From NCBI GenBank assembly GCA_965208905.1, contig OZ242365.1, positions 1,888,001 to 1,952,000 of the forward strand: a stretch of 64,000 nucleotides of DNA, given 5' to 3'. Below, one piece after another: positions 10,011-19,555 of this stretch. Source of the DNA: Nitrosopumilaceae archaeon (lineage in GTDB: Archaea > Thermoproteota > Nitrososphaeria > Nitrososphaerales > Nitrosopumilaceae). The notes below the pieces were generated by a model that did no database searches, had not been told where the DNA came from, and saw nothing but the letters and a program-made list of their open reading frames with translations. How positions within the stretch are numbered: position 1 is the first letter of the stretch; every line of letters starts with the position of its first letter. A program made the translations under genes and the position numbers.

Positions 10011-10313
10011 ATGAAAGATTATGACCATATAGTGGTCTGGCTGGATTACTTTAACAAAAACCTGTCTCGCTCTCAGGGTAGACGACTGAGCAAAGACTAT
10101 TGTGTATCGGCCCCAGTATTGGATGATTTAAGTGCAGCTGCAAAGATGGCCGGCTATACTGTCCAAGACACAAATTATAAAGTCCGTCACCCCCGTCGTG
10201 CCAACATTAGATCAGGATATATCACTATACCAAAGAGTGACCCAAAGACTCGCGTACTGTATAGGATTGCTCCAAAACTTGTGCGGGTAGACAAGGGCAG
10301 TAAAAAAAAATAG
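10011..10313 (+). CDS. srp19: Signal recognition particle protein SRP19
   Basis: VVWLDYF...SRSQGRRL....V..P motif. Confidence 0.9.
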   Translation: MKDYDHIVVWLDYFNKNLSRSQGRRLSKDYCVSAPVLDDLSAAAKMAGYTVQDTNYKVRHPRRANIRSGYITIPKSDPKTRVLYRIAPKLVRVDKGSKKK

Positions 10314-10374
10314 GCTACTTTGTTTAAAAAAACAAACAATATAGTTTGTAAATATGTACATTGCAACACCTGCT

Positions 10375-10614
10375 ATGAAACAGATGGGTGTAGTACTACA
10401 TCAGGCTGGTAGTGGACGTGTAATAATAAGACTGAATGGAGAGGCTTCTGAGGGAGATATATTGTGTAATTCGCAGGGTGTGCGCGTAGCCCGAATTCGA
10501 GAGGTTATAGGGCCGGTAAGGGCACCATATGCTTCGGCTGAACCACTAACTAACAATATACAACGGCATATGGGTGAGCCGGTGAGCATATGTAACAGGG
10601 GGAAGAAACATTGA
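10375..10614 (+). CDS. gar1: H/ACA RNP component Gar1
   Basis: G.V.H.A.SG..I, EVIGPV.APY motif; srp19-gar1-tfb synteny. Confidence 0.85.
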   Translation: MKQMGVVLHQAGSGRVIIRLNGEASEGDILCNSQGVRVARIREVIGPVRAPYASAEPLTNNIQRHMGEPVSICNRGKKH

Positions 10615-11552
10615 TGTCTGAAACCTCTAGATGTGCAGAGTGTAGTGCTCCACTCATACATGATATGGATAGTGGGGAGATGGTATGTTGCAAATGCGGT
10701 ATTGTGGCAGATGATCACATGCCGGATCCTGTCATGTCGCCCTTGGGTTTGTTTGATGATCAGGGTCAAAGAATGCCCCGGGTTTCGGGCCAGCTGACGC
10801 TATCTCAGCATGATATGGGTGTGATGACAGGTATTGCATCTGGCAGCACAGACTTTAGCGGAAATGTCATAGCGCGAGTCACACAGTCAAAGATGACCAA
10901 ACTACGAAGATGGCAGAATAGAATTCGTATTAATGGAAATCGGGACAGGCGTACATCTGAAGTTTTGAATAGGGTTTCTGATATATGCAATGCACTGTCA
11001 TTACCAAAGACAGTTTTGGAGAGTGCCTCGCTGACATATCGTAACTTAGATAGTACTGTGGATCTTAAAAATAAATCCACAGTGGCAGTTGCATGCGCCA
11101 TGGTGTATATGGGCTGTAAAAAATGTGATGCCATAAGATCCATGCAGGAGCTAGTCAACTCCATCTGCCCGCAAAAGGAGGTGCGCCTCAAAACAAGATT
11201 GGCGAACCGCTACTATCGTACACTGGTACTAGAGACCGGAAGTCCCCGTTCTGAGCCAATACCAATAGACAAGTATATCTCAAAGATATCGAACATATCT
11301 GAGGCTAGTGGACATGCTGAGCGATTGGCCTTACGACTGGCCCACAAGACCAAAAATCAAGATATTAGTAATGGTCGTGACCCCGGGGGTCTGGCCGCCG
11401 CATATCTATGCATCGCAAGTATGTTGCTCAGTCCAGACAATATTCAGCGAGACATTACTGAAGCGTCGGGCGTAACCAATGTTACCGTCAGGGGTAGATG
11501 TAAAACAATACTCTCCACATATGATATACGTGTGACACTAAATCCTTCATAA
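10614..11552 (+). CDS. tfb: Transcription initiation factor IIB paralog
   Basis: Zn ribbon CAEC..GEMVC..CG, HD.G, two cyclin repeats, GRDP.GLAAA. Confidence 0.92.
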   Translation: MSETSRCAECSAPLIHDMDSGEMVCCKCGIVADDHMPDPVMSPLGLFDDQGQRMPRVSGQLTLSQHDMGVMTGIASGSTDFSGNVIARVTQSKMTKLRRWQNRIRINGNRDRRTSEVLNRVSDICNALSLPKTVLESASLTYRNLDSTVDLKNKSTVAVACAMVYMGCKKCDAIRSMQELVNSICPQKEVRLKTRLANRYYRTLVLETGSPRSEPIPIDKYISKISNISEASGHAERLALRLAHKTKNQDISNGRDPGGLAAAYLCIASMLLSPDNIQRDITEASGVTNVTVRGRCKTILSTYDIRVTLNPS

Positions 11553-11606
11553 TTAGCACAAGCTAAATTTCGCAGGCATTTTATATAGAACAATGATATC
11601 TGCAAT

Positions 11607-12368
11607 ATGGCAAAACTCAAGATAGTGGATTTGCATGTAAAGCGAGACGGTAAGGAGATTCTCAAAGGGGTCAACCTTACTACGGGACCTGGCGAGGTAC
11701 ATGCCATTATGGGCCCCAATGGTTCGGGCAAGTCTACCTTGGCATATACGCTGCTTGCCCATCCAAAGTATGAGGTCACATCTGGCGATATACTGCTGGA
11801 TGGTGAAAGTATACTGGAACTGACCGCTGATGAGAGAGCACGTAAAGGGCTTTTCTTGGGATTTCAATACCCTACAGAAGTATCCGGAGTCGGGTTTTCG
11901 CATTTTCTCAGAACCTCATACAACTCATTGAGCAAGGCCATGCAGGGCGAAGACCGGGAGGTCTTTATTACTGTCCGGGAGTTTCAAAAGTATCTGAGGA
12001 ACAATCTTGAGCAGGTGGGTTTGGACAAAGAGTTTCTTAGTAGATATTTGAACGAGGGCTTTTCTGGAGGCGAGAAGAAGCGTTCTGAAGTGCTACAGAT
12101 GGCAGTACTCAAACCCAAGATATCGATTCTAGATGAACCCGACTCGGGTTTGGATATAGATGCGGTACAGGCTGTGGCAAAGGCCATTAGTGATGTATCT
12201 GTAAGTGATGCCACTGTAGTGGTGATAACCCACTATGCACGAATATTGAAGTTTCTGAAAAAACTAGACTATGTACACGTCTTTGCCAAGGGTCAAATAC
12301 TCCGCAGCGGCGACGCTTCACTGGCCGAAGAGCTGGAGAAGCGCGGTTACGAATGGATAACACAATAA
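11607..12368 (+). CDS. sufC: Fe-S cluster assembly ATPase SufC
   Basis: GPNGSGKST, RYLNEGFSGGEKKR, LDEPDSGLDIDA. Confidence 0.95.
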   Translation: MAKLKIVDLHVKRDGKEILKGVNLTTGPGEVHAIMGPNGSGKSTLAYTLLAHPKYEVTSGDILLDGESILELTADERARKGLFLGFQYPTEVSGVGFSHFLRTSYNSLSKAMQGEDREVFITVREFQKYLRNNLEQVGLDKEFLSRYLNEGFSGGEKKRSEVLQMAVLKPKISILDEPDSGLDIDAVQAVAKAISDVSVSDATVVVITHYARILKFLKKLDYVHVFAKGQILRSGDASLAEELEKRGYEWITQ

Positions 12369-12392
12369 GCATACAATCAGGTGCGTCCGCCA

Positions 12393-13013
12393 ATGGCAGA
12401 CATATTTGACATATTTACAGAATATTCGTACGCGGGCATATTTGCAATATTGGTGGCATTGAATGCCGCACCCCTACTGATGCCACCCACTTGGATTGTA
12501 TTGGCGTCATTTTATACTGTAGACCCCACATATGATGTGCTGTTGCTGTCTTTGGTGGGCTCGAGCGGCGCCACACTAGGACGTTTTATACTGCAACGGT
12601 ATAGCAGCTTCTTTCGACGCTTTGCTGGGCCACAAAGACGTGCCGGCTTGGACATAATAAACAAGACACTGTCCAAGAGACGGTACGGGTACGGCGTAGC
12701 CTCATTTTTGTTTGCGGCCACGCCCTTACCTAGTAACATGCTGTTTGTGGCATATGGCTTGATGGGTGCCAAAAATATTGGCATGTATGTGGGATTTTGG
12801 TGTGGGCGAGTGGTCTCATACTATGTGATGATATCTGTGAGTCGTGTGGTCTTGGTGCCGTTTTTGCAGTTATTTCAAGACAGGTATGTGGGAATTCTTG
12901 TGGCTGACGCTGCGGGCGTAGGTGTTGTAATATTGTTTGCATGTATCGATTGGGACCTGTTGTTGACTGATAAAAAGTTACGATTCATACGACCTCGAGT
13001 GTGGCGATTATAG
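12393..13013 (+). CDS. Membrane protein (DedA/VTT-like)
   Basis: Multiple TM segments, GATLGR, FAATPLPSN. Confidence 0.6.
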   Translation: MADIFDIFTEYSYAGIFAILVALNAAPLLMPPTWIVLASFYTVDPTYDVLLLSLVGSSGATLGRFILQRYSSFFRRFAGPQRRAGLDIINKTLSKRRYGYGVASFLFAATPLPSNMLFVAYGLMGAKNIGMYVGFWCGRVVSYYVMISVSRVVLVPFLQLFQDRYVGILVADAAGVGVVILFACIDWDLLLTDKKLRFIRPRVWRL

Positions 13014-13911
13014 CGGGAATGGCAAACCCAATTATCAATAACACTCCGGATATACGCGAATACATCAGGGCATACCTCATCTGTCTCTTTGGCATCACGT
13101 GGTCTCTGCGCAAATTCTTGTTGGCTAGTACCCCAAATGGCATACTGAATAGCGATATCATACAGTATATTGGAAATGCATTACTGTATATGCCGTATAA
13201 TATTATTGCAGTAAACAATACGGGAAATATTATGCATAGTCGGGCGGCACGTACTGGACCTAAACGTATCACCAAAGTCTTGCGACCACCACTCTTATCG
13301 GCATCATGGTCCGGGAATGATGTCATGTATAGGACAAACGCAGATAGCGAACCTGCAGCAACTCCTGCCAGTACGGCTATCTCGTTTAGTTGTGTGGTTT
13401 GTATGTAGAATGATCCCAAAACGATAAGGGCCCCCTTTATGCCAACAAATGTCTCTCCTAAACCCCAATCCACTATCTTTGTTGAGTAAAAGTATATGGA
13501 GAGTATGGCAAAGCCCAAAATTATGCCGACCACCACTCCATGCGTGTATATGTAATATGCGCCTACTGCGCCACCAACAAGCAGGCACAGTATGCCCGCC
13601 CTGTATACTGTATTGGGTGGGAGTAGTCCTTCTGGAAGTACACCTGTACCACCACTCATACCGGTCTTTTTGGTTTTTGTATCAATACCGCGCTTGTAAT
13701 CCCTGTAGTCGTTTAGCAGGTCTACACTCGCATGCAATGCCATGACTCCAAATATGACAAGCAGTAGATCAAGCAGGTTTATCGTATGGTGCGTGTATAG
13801 TGATATTATGCCTCCCAATGTGGCGGATATGACTGATGATAACAGAAACTTTACCCTAATGGCCCTAAGCCAGACGTATGGGGACATTATACACTCTATC
13901 AGTACCATCAT
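12985..13911 (-). CDS. menA: UbiA-family prenyltransferase (MenA-like)
   Basis: NDYRDYKRGID and PDHDADKSGGRKTL aspartate-rich motifs; start may be slightly downstream. Confidence 0.8.
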   Translation of the reverse strand: MMVLIECIMSPYVWLRAIRVKFLLSSVISATLGGIISLYTHHTINLLDLLLVIFGVMALHASVDLLNDYRDYKRGIDTKTKKTGMSGGTGVLPEGLLPPNTVYRAGILCLLVGGAVGAYYIYTHGVVVGIILGFAILSIYFYSTKIVDWGLGETFVGIKGALIVLGSFYIQTTQLNEIAVLAGVAAGSLSAFVLYMTSFPDHDADKSGGRKTLVIRLGPVRAARLCIIFPVLFTAIILYGIYSNAFPIYCMISLFSMPFGVLANKNLRRDHVMPKRQMRYALMYSRISGVLLIIGFAIPAIIATLEVV

Positions 13912-13956
13912 ACATAGTAAAATAGATACTGCGTAATTGAGTGAGTATAACTCTAG

Positions 13957-14211
13957 CTACGTGTCAGGAATTTTGTACCAGAGCCTTTTGGGCATAAGAA
14001 ACCACTTTACCACAAGTGCCGTTCCTACAAGGTATATCATTATGCCTATCGGCTCTATCCAATTTTGGTTGCCCACACCCGCACTTATGTTTAACATCGG
14101 TTCAACACCGTACAGGAATATGACTCCGACAGTCAGTGGGGCCATACCCACAAAGAAGAGCATTAGGGTACCTGTATCACGTATGGCTCGCAGAAGGTCT
14201 CTATGTACCAT
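13957..14211 (-). CDS. Small two-TM membrane protein, coupled to the FNT gene
   Basis: Two hydrophobic segments; overlaps the FNT stop. Confidence 0.55.
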   Translation of the reverse strand: MVHRDLLRAIRDTGTLMLFFVGMAPLTVGVIFLYGVEPMLNISAGVGNQNWIEPIGIMIYLVGTALVVKWFLMPKRLWYKIPDT

Positions 14212-15097
14212 GCGGCTTCTTCCATTTGTTTGGTCCTTGCCATATCTGCATGCCGCCGATATACCAATACACCATACCCTGAAATATCATCGCGCCAATT
14301 ATGTTTCCCAATGTTACAGGTACCAGATTGTTAAACCATGCCTCGCCCCAGGTGTAGTCGGCCCCCGCCCATATGCCTGCCGCCAAGGCAAAGTGATTCA
14401 CTATACTGTGCTCAAATCCTATGGCAAAGAATACGGATACGGGAATTCCAATCAAAAGAATCTTTCCGACAATTGACTGTGTTCTGTATCCTCCCCAAAC
14501 ACCCATGGCAATCAACCAGTTGGCAAATATGCCTCTATAGAATAATTGATCCCATGAAAGGTCATGCACCTTTGTGGTGCCTATCTCTGCAAGTGTATTC
14601 ATTAATGTGGATCCTATGGGGCCAGCCTGACCTGCGCCGATTATTATCATCCAGCCTATGACAAAACCCGCAATCCAGTGTCCGGAATGAGTGATGGACC
14701 ATTCCCAGAGCACCTCTCGCCACCGGGAGCGGCGTGTCATAAGCGATATGCCGCTAGTCATGTAGTCCCCGGTTACCAGATTTGAGCCATACAGTATGAC
14801 CAGGACCAATGCCGAGAATCCGAATACGGCAAACGAGAGAAACTTGGCCAAACCCTCAGACAGGTCCACGGCTACTGTGGATGCGATCATCCATGCCAAA
14901 AATGCGGCAAATGCCAGATAGACGGTTGCCTGCCAACCCATGAGTATTCCCTGAGCTGGATTCACCTTGGTCTTTGCAACTCCCAGATTACTCAATGCCC
15001 TTATGGTGTCTGGAATGTTAAAGAGGCCTGTCATTATACGTGGCGGAGACTCTTCCTGTTCAGAGTCGTCTTTTATGTCATCATGATCCTGAGCCAT
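14201..15097 (-). CDS. Formate/nitrite transporter (FNT family)
   Basis: LVTG, GIFANWL, GFEHSIVN, VTLGNIIG motifs. Confidence 0.92.
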   Translation of the reverse strand: MAQDHDDIKDDSEQEESPPRIMTGLFNIPDTIRALSNLGVAKTKVNPAQGILMGWQATVYLAFAAFLAWMIASTVAVDLSEGLAKFLSFAVFGFSALVLVILYGSNLVTGDYMTSGISLMTRRSRWREVLWEWSITHSGHWIAGFVIGWMIIIGAGQAGPIGSTLMNTLAEIGTTKVHDLSWDQLFYRGIFANWLIAMGVWGGYRTQSIVGKILLIGIPVSVFFAIGFEHSIVNHFALAAGIWAGADYTWGEAWFNNLVPVTLGNIIGAMIFQGMVYWYIGGMQIWQGPNKWKKPHGT

Positions 15098-15140
15098 ATT
15101 GTAAGACTTTTGTGTTATCTTATTTATGTAATAGTTGTTC

Positions 15141-15541
15141 TGGGTTCTGGGAAGATGTGGTGACCTGACGGATGGTGGGAAATTGGTGACCTAAAACGGA
15201 GCTGGGTAGAAATGGTGACCTAGAAAATATTGGGTAATTTGTGACCTAGAGTGGGTAAAATGTGACCTACTACCTACGTTTCCAGTCCAGACCCCAATTT
15301 CCACTCCGGGGGAGCTGGTGAACTGTCCCAAATACAGCGCGTGTCCCAAAGCAGCGCGTAGACTCAGCGTAACCTACGTTTCCAGTCCAGACCTACGTTT
15401 CCACTCCACTGTGTGGACCCACATTTCCAGTCCACACTCCTGATCTCACTAGACCTCAGTTTCCCTCTGGGTCACATTTTACCCACTCTGGGTCACATAT
15501 TTCCCAATATTTTCTAAGTCACCGTATCTTCCCAGCCCCCA
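15141..15541. repeat. Complex inverted/iterated repeat unit (GTGACCT-iteron family)
   Basis: Five TGGG-Nx-GTGACCT motifs on the left, three inverted copies on the right; central ACC..TTTCCA(C/G)TCC motifs including an exact 22-bp direct repeat at 15272 and 15372. Confidence 0.85.
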
Positions 15542-15650
15542 CTTTGGGACAGGCGCCATTAATGGGACAGTTCACATAAAGTGTAACTACTGCATCTCCG
15601 GTACATGGTGAGTGGTGTTGTGTGGGGTACGTGATCACCCTTCGGAAGTG

Positions 15651-16967
15651 TTAGTCTCCAGCGGGGGTGCTCCCGTAGGCGGCACTACCCGTGACATTGC
15701 CCGTCAACTGAATTACCTGTACGGCGCTAAAAAACCCCATGACCACATAGGTGTGACCAGACGACTCGAAGATGTCTATATCTACGCTGAATGGACAGCA
15801 TGAGTGGTTGTTGTCTTTGGCGAGGTGTTCGGCTGGTGTGATATGGTACGGGTTGGTTAAATCCAACACCTGTGTACCTTCCCGTGAGGTGACGACCGCG
15901 TAGTCACGGTTGGCAGACTCAAAGGTGGCTATGTATCTAACGCCATCAAGGACGATATCTTCCCCGTCACCGATACCGTCAGTCGGTACGATGTTGTACG
16001 GGTCAGTTACGTCTAACACCTGCACACCATCATCCAATTGCGCGGCGATTACAGCGTAGGTGCGGTCGGCCACCTTGAAGGTGTCGCCATACCATGCCTT
16101 TTTCAGGTATAGGTCTTGACTATTGCCGATGATGTCAGTATCGATAAGTGTATGCTGGTCGGTAATCTTCTTCACATATACGCCGCTTCCAAACATCCAA
16201 ACCGCATAGGTATGGTTGGCCAACTCGAAGGTGGCGATGTCGCTCGCATACCCGTGACAGTCGTCGGAGATGCGGTCTGTTCGGAAGATGTTGTACGGGT
16301 CGGTTAGGTCGATTATCTGCGTGATGGTTTTATAATGTGTAGCCCCTATCAGGGGAGCGCCTAACCCGTCATAAGAGACTACGGGCAATGCCCTCTTTGA
16401 CGATATTATCGCGTAGGTGTGGTTTGCCGACTCGAATATGGCGATTTTGGGCGGCCAAATATGTACCAGACCGTCGTCGTAGGTGGCGGTGTAGCCGGCA
16501 GGGATGATATTGTACGGATCGGTCAAGTTAAACGTCTGAATGCCCTCGGTTGTGATGGTTGCGGCGTAGATACCGTCAGCCGACTCGAATGTTTCTATAT
16601 CCAACCCACCGGACTGATGAAGGCCGGCAGGGATGATATTGTACGGATCGGTCAGGTCAAGGACCTGCATGCCCCCGTGCGAGATGACTGCAAGATAGTT
16701 GCGACCGGCCGACCCGAAAGTGGCTAGGGCCTCTATGACGTCGAGGTTGAGACTGTCGTCGTCTGAGATGCGGTCAGCCACGGTCATGTTGATTGCGGTT
16801 GGCAACCCGGCCGCGAAAACGTGCGGCGGTCCGGAGGGAGCTGGTGCGAACGCGACGATGGCAGCTACCATCACTACGACGCTACCTGTACCAACGCTCG
16901 CCTGCAACACACATACATACGGACCTTTAATACTTAAATGGAGTGGTTCCCTCCTCAACTTGTGCAA
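15651..16967 (-). CDS. Secreted LVIVD-like repeat (beta-propeller) protein
   Basis: Repeats TFESA..TYAV..., GVQVLDLTDPYNI.P; hydrophobic N-terminus; true start probably 50-100 nt downstream. Confidence 0.8.
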   Translation of the reverse strand: MHKLRREPLHLSIKGPYVCVLQASVGTGSVVVMVAAIVAFAPAPSGPPHVFAAGLPTAINMTVADRISDDDSLNLDVIEALATFGSAGRNYLAVISHGGMQVLDLTDPYNIIPAGLHQSGGLDIETFESADGIYAATITTEGIQTFNLTDPYNIIPAGYTATYDDGLVHIWPPKIAIFESANHTYAIISSKRALPVVSYDGLGAPLIGATHYKTITQIIDLTDPYNIFRTDRISDDCHGYASDIATFELANHTYAVWMFGSGVYVKKITDQHTLIDTDIIGNSQDLYLKKAWYGDTFKVADRTYAVIAAQLDDGVQVLDVTDPYNIVPTDGIGDGEDIVLDGVRYIATFESANRDYAVVTSREGTQVLDLTNPYHITPAEHLAKDNNHSCCPFSVDIDIFESSGHTYVVMGFFSAVQVIQLTGNVTGSAAYGSTPAGD

Positions 16968-17034
16968 TCCCGAAATTAGTTCGCCTCCTATGGAACATCA
17001 CACACGTTTCAGTCGGTCGCACCGCGGGTCATCT

Positions 17035-17103
17035 TATATGGGACAAATTCGTCGATTCAGGTCATCGCACTTAAAATCTATCGGATCCTATTGTCCGCTA
17101 GTA
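17035..17103. mobile_element. Isolated right end of the 2500-2725 MITE family
   Basis: AAATTCGTCGATTCAGG.CATCGC..AAAATCTATCGGATCCTATTGTCCGCTAGTA matches 2667-2725. Confidence 0.8.
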
Positions 17104-17112
17104 GGGGTATAT

Positions 17113-17272
17113 GACCACCATTTTCACTCCAGAATTTTGACCTCATTTCCACTCCACGTATGAAGTATCTACAAAACAACCAGACCCCAGTTTCCACTCC
17201 GGGTCACATTTTACCCACTCTAGGTCACAAATTACCCAAACGTATGGTAGGTCACCATTTCTACCCAGCTCC
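17113..17272. repeat. GTGACCT-iteron family right arm; inverted repeat of 15198-15267
   Basis: GGTCACATTTTACCCACTCTAGGTCACAAATTACCCAA...TAGGTCACCATTTCTACCCAGCTCC, preceded by three ACC..TT(T/C)CACTCC motifs. Confidence 0.85.
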
Positions 17273-17491
17273 CCTAAAACGTGGCTGTAAAATCTACGTG
17301 AGATTAGATACCTGTAAAGCGCGTGAGATGGGCAGAAATGATGGTTATGAAATTATCAACCTCCAAGCAGGTGCGCCTACAACGGTGTGTATGTATCTGG
17401 GATGATGCTAGTGATGTACAAGCCGCGTGGCGCAGTCTATGACACGATATCTTCAATACTTTGGAGATTCTCACACTTTCCCACACTGGCA

Positions 17492-17776
17492 CTACCTGGT
17501 GATAAACATGGCACCCACCAGTACCAGCGGTCCCGGTTTTTCATCTGTCCCGCCAGGCCTATCGTCTCCAACCCCTATATCTTCACCAATTTTCTTGATC
17601 TCTGATGCCAGTGACATTATATCATGGTCTGTATCATAGTCATCCAGCATATCCTCCAGGCGTTCCACCCACTGCCGTAGATCCGCCGACTTCAGTATGT
17701 GGTCGACTGTCTCGGCCTTCTCCAGTGTAAGGCCACCCATATCCATCTCATTGACCAATATCTCCTGAATGCGCAT
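17492..17776 (-). CDS. Acidic helical hypothetical protein or fragment
   Basis: Protein-like composition only. Confidence 0.4.
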   Translation of the reverse strand: MRIQEILVNEMDMGGLTLEKAETVDHILKSADLRQWVERLEDMLDDYDTDHDIMSLASEIKKIGEDIGVGDDRPGGTDEKPGPLVLVGAMFITR

Positions 17777-17953
17777 GATTGCCTTCTCTGCCTTTTTTGT
17801 GGGCTGTGACGTTATCTGCGCGTGTCATAACAGCGCGTATTTGACACAACTGCTATACAGTTGGACTTGTGCCCAATACAGCATGTATAGCTCAGCGACA
17901 TCTAGTACTAAACGTGACGTTTAATTACCAACTCATCAATATATTATCGTGTT

Positions 17954-18637
17954 TTGAAAACCACATTAAGTGATTTGGACAAACTGGCGCATGATAATAA
18001 AATGCATCAAGACCGTTGGGTACGCGGTGATTACGTGCCTACCAAATTTGACAAAATAGTAAGCGAGATGGAGTCTACACACGGGGTTGACGCGGTATGG
18101 AACAGTGTTAGAGACATATTGTTGACAACTAACGATGAGTACGTGCGCCGTGAGCTGATCGAAAGTTATGGTAATAGTAAGGTTGATGATGAACACAAGA
18201 TGAGTCTCTTGGAAATGATACTACTCGATGACAAAATCAACAAAACCAGTAAGTCAACGGCGATGAAGGAGTTAAAGGAGCCTTTTTGGGATGATGCTTG
18301 GCCAAAATTTCTAAAGAGATTGTACCGTGTGGTTGACGATGAGGTGCGACAAACTCTCTGTTACGAGTTGGCTTTGATTGATTTTCACACATCCGGTATC
18401 AGGGATGACGCAAACAAGGACGACAACATATATCTTCAAAGACTGGTTTGGTATTTCTGTGAGATGTTGACCGTTTATCCGCGCGACAGAATATTAAGTA
18501 AGGTGGAGGACAAATACGTGCCAAAATACGGCAAGAAACAAGTCGTCAAGGTGTTGAATTTCATCCTGTATAATGAGTATTCAACCGATAGGACACGTGA
18601 TTATGCAAAATATGTTATGGGGAAACTGAACCCATGA
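17954..18637 (+). CDS. Hypothetical alpha-helical (HEAT-like) protein
   Basis: Long ORF with repeated D..VR..L motifs; ATGA overlap with the next gene. Confidence 0.65.
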   Translation: MKTTLSDLDKLAHDNKMHQDRWVRGDYVPTKFDKIVSEMESTHGVDAVWNSVRDILLTTNDEYVRRELIESYGNSKVDDEHKMSLLEMILLDDKINKTSKSTAMKELKEPFWDDAWPKFLKRLYRVVDDEVRQTLCYELALIDFHTSGIRDDANKDDNIYLQRLVWYFCEMLTVYPRDRILSKVEDKYVPKYGKKQVVKVLNFILYNEYSTDRTRDYAKYVMGKLNP

Positions 18638-19155
18638 ATATGTTATCGGATGCACTACGCAAAGTCAACAATAACAACTTTTTACGGGATTGGGGGATAA
18701 AGAGCCGTGAAGAAAAATTACAGGATGGTGATTTTAAAACAATACTAAACGAGTTGAGAGGGAAAACACTCTCCATGTACAAAAATACATTCTCAATGGG
18801 GTTTGCCGAAGATGTGGCCGCCATGGCCGTCAAAAGGAAGAATATACAAAGAACGTCATTTATTGTTTTCAGAAAAGTTGATGGTTGTTTGATGTTTTTG
18901 GATGGTGATGATACAGGTGGTACTGGTGTCGACGCGGTTGACAGAACGCATGTTGTGGCGTATGGTATAGACGAAGATAAATTACTGGAGATTCTAGATG
19001 GTATACATGATGAAGATTTTGTGACCATAGATGAGGATGGAGTCTACAGGGGGTTGGTGCGGCTTGAACGCGGTCAACCAAATCTAACTGAAATTTACGA
19101 TGGTGTATTTTCCGAGAGGAGGTTGAAAGTTTTAGATGAATATAGGAGTTTGTAA
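18634..19155 (+). CDS. Hypothetical protein
   Basis: 173-aa ORF translationally coupled to the upstream gene. Confidence 0.6.
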   Translation: MNMLSDALRKVNNNNFLRDWGIKSREEKLQDGDFKTILNELRGKTLSMYKNTFSMGFAEDVAAMAVKRKNIQRTSFIVFRKVDGCLMFLDGDDTGGTGVDAVDRTHVVAYGIDEDKLLEILDGIHDEDFVTIDEDGVYRGLVRLERGQPNLTEIYDGVFSERRLKVLDEYRSL

Positions 19156-19555
19156 AATACGGAACTTCCATGTGTTTGGGTTGCTAAAACCCATTGATGT
19201 TATGTGTTGGTAATACATTTGGTTCGGTCCAAATGGTATAGGGCTGTCCGATTTTTAAGTATTAGGTGCATCTTTTCGCAAGCTTGGGGTACAAATACGG
19301 CATTATATAGTATGTAAACTCTATCCAAAGTGGTTTGAGTGTATGTCTTATGTAGATTGTGGGCGTATAGGAAATTATGGTGCGCAGAATCCCCCGCGCC
19401 CCCGGGAAAAGGGCAGGTGTTAACCCCGTGAAGTTGCAGATGGTTGGCTTTCTGCTGTATTATTTTTGAGCAACCAGACGGCGGGGAGGTACAAAGGGCG
19501 TTGAGCCGCCCCTCGCTGGGCAGGGGGCGGCGAAACGCCCCCGAACCGGTATGCC

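Noticed and set aside
11607-12368. sufC without adjacent sufB/sufD
   Set aside because: Likely an ordinary split arrangement; nothing in the window indicates loss
15147-15535. Repeat cluster as CRISPR or tRNA/ncRNA
   Set aside because: Degenerate short motifs, irregular spacing, inverted arrangement and no cloverleaf
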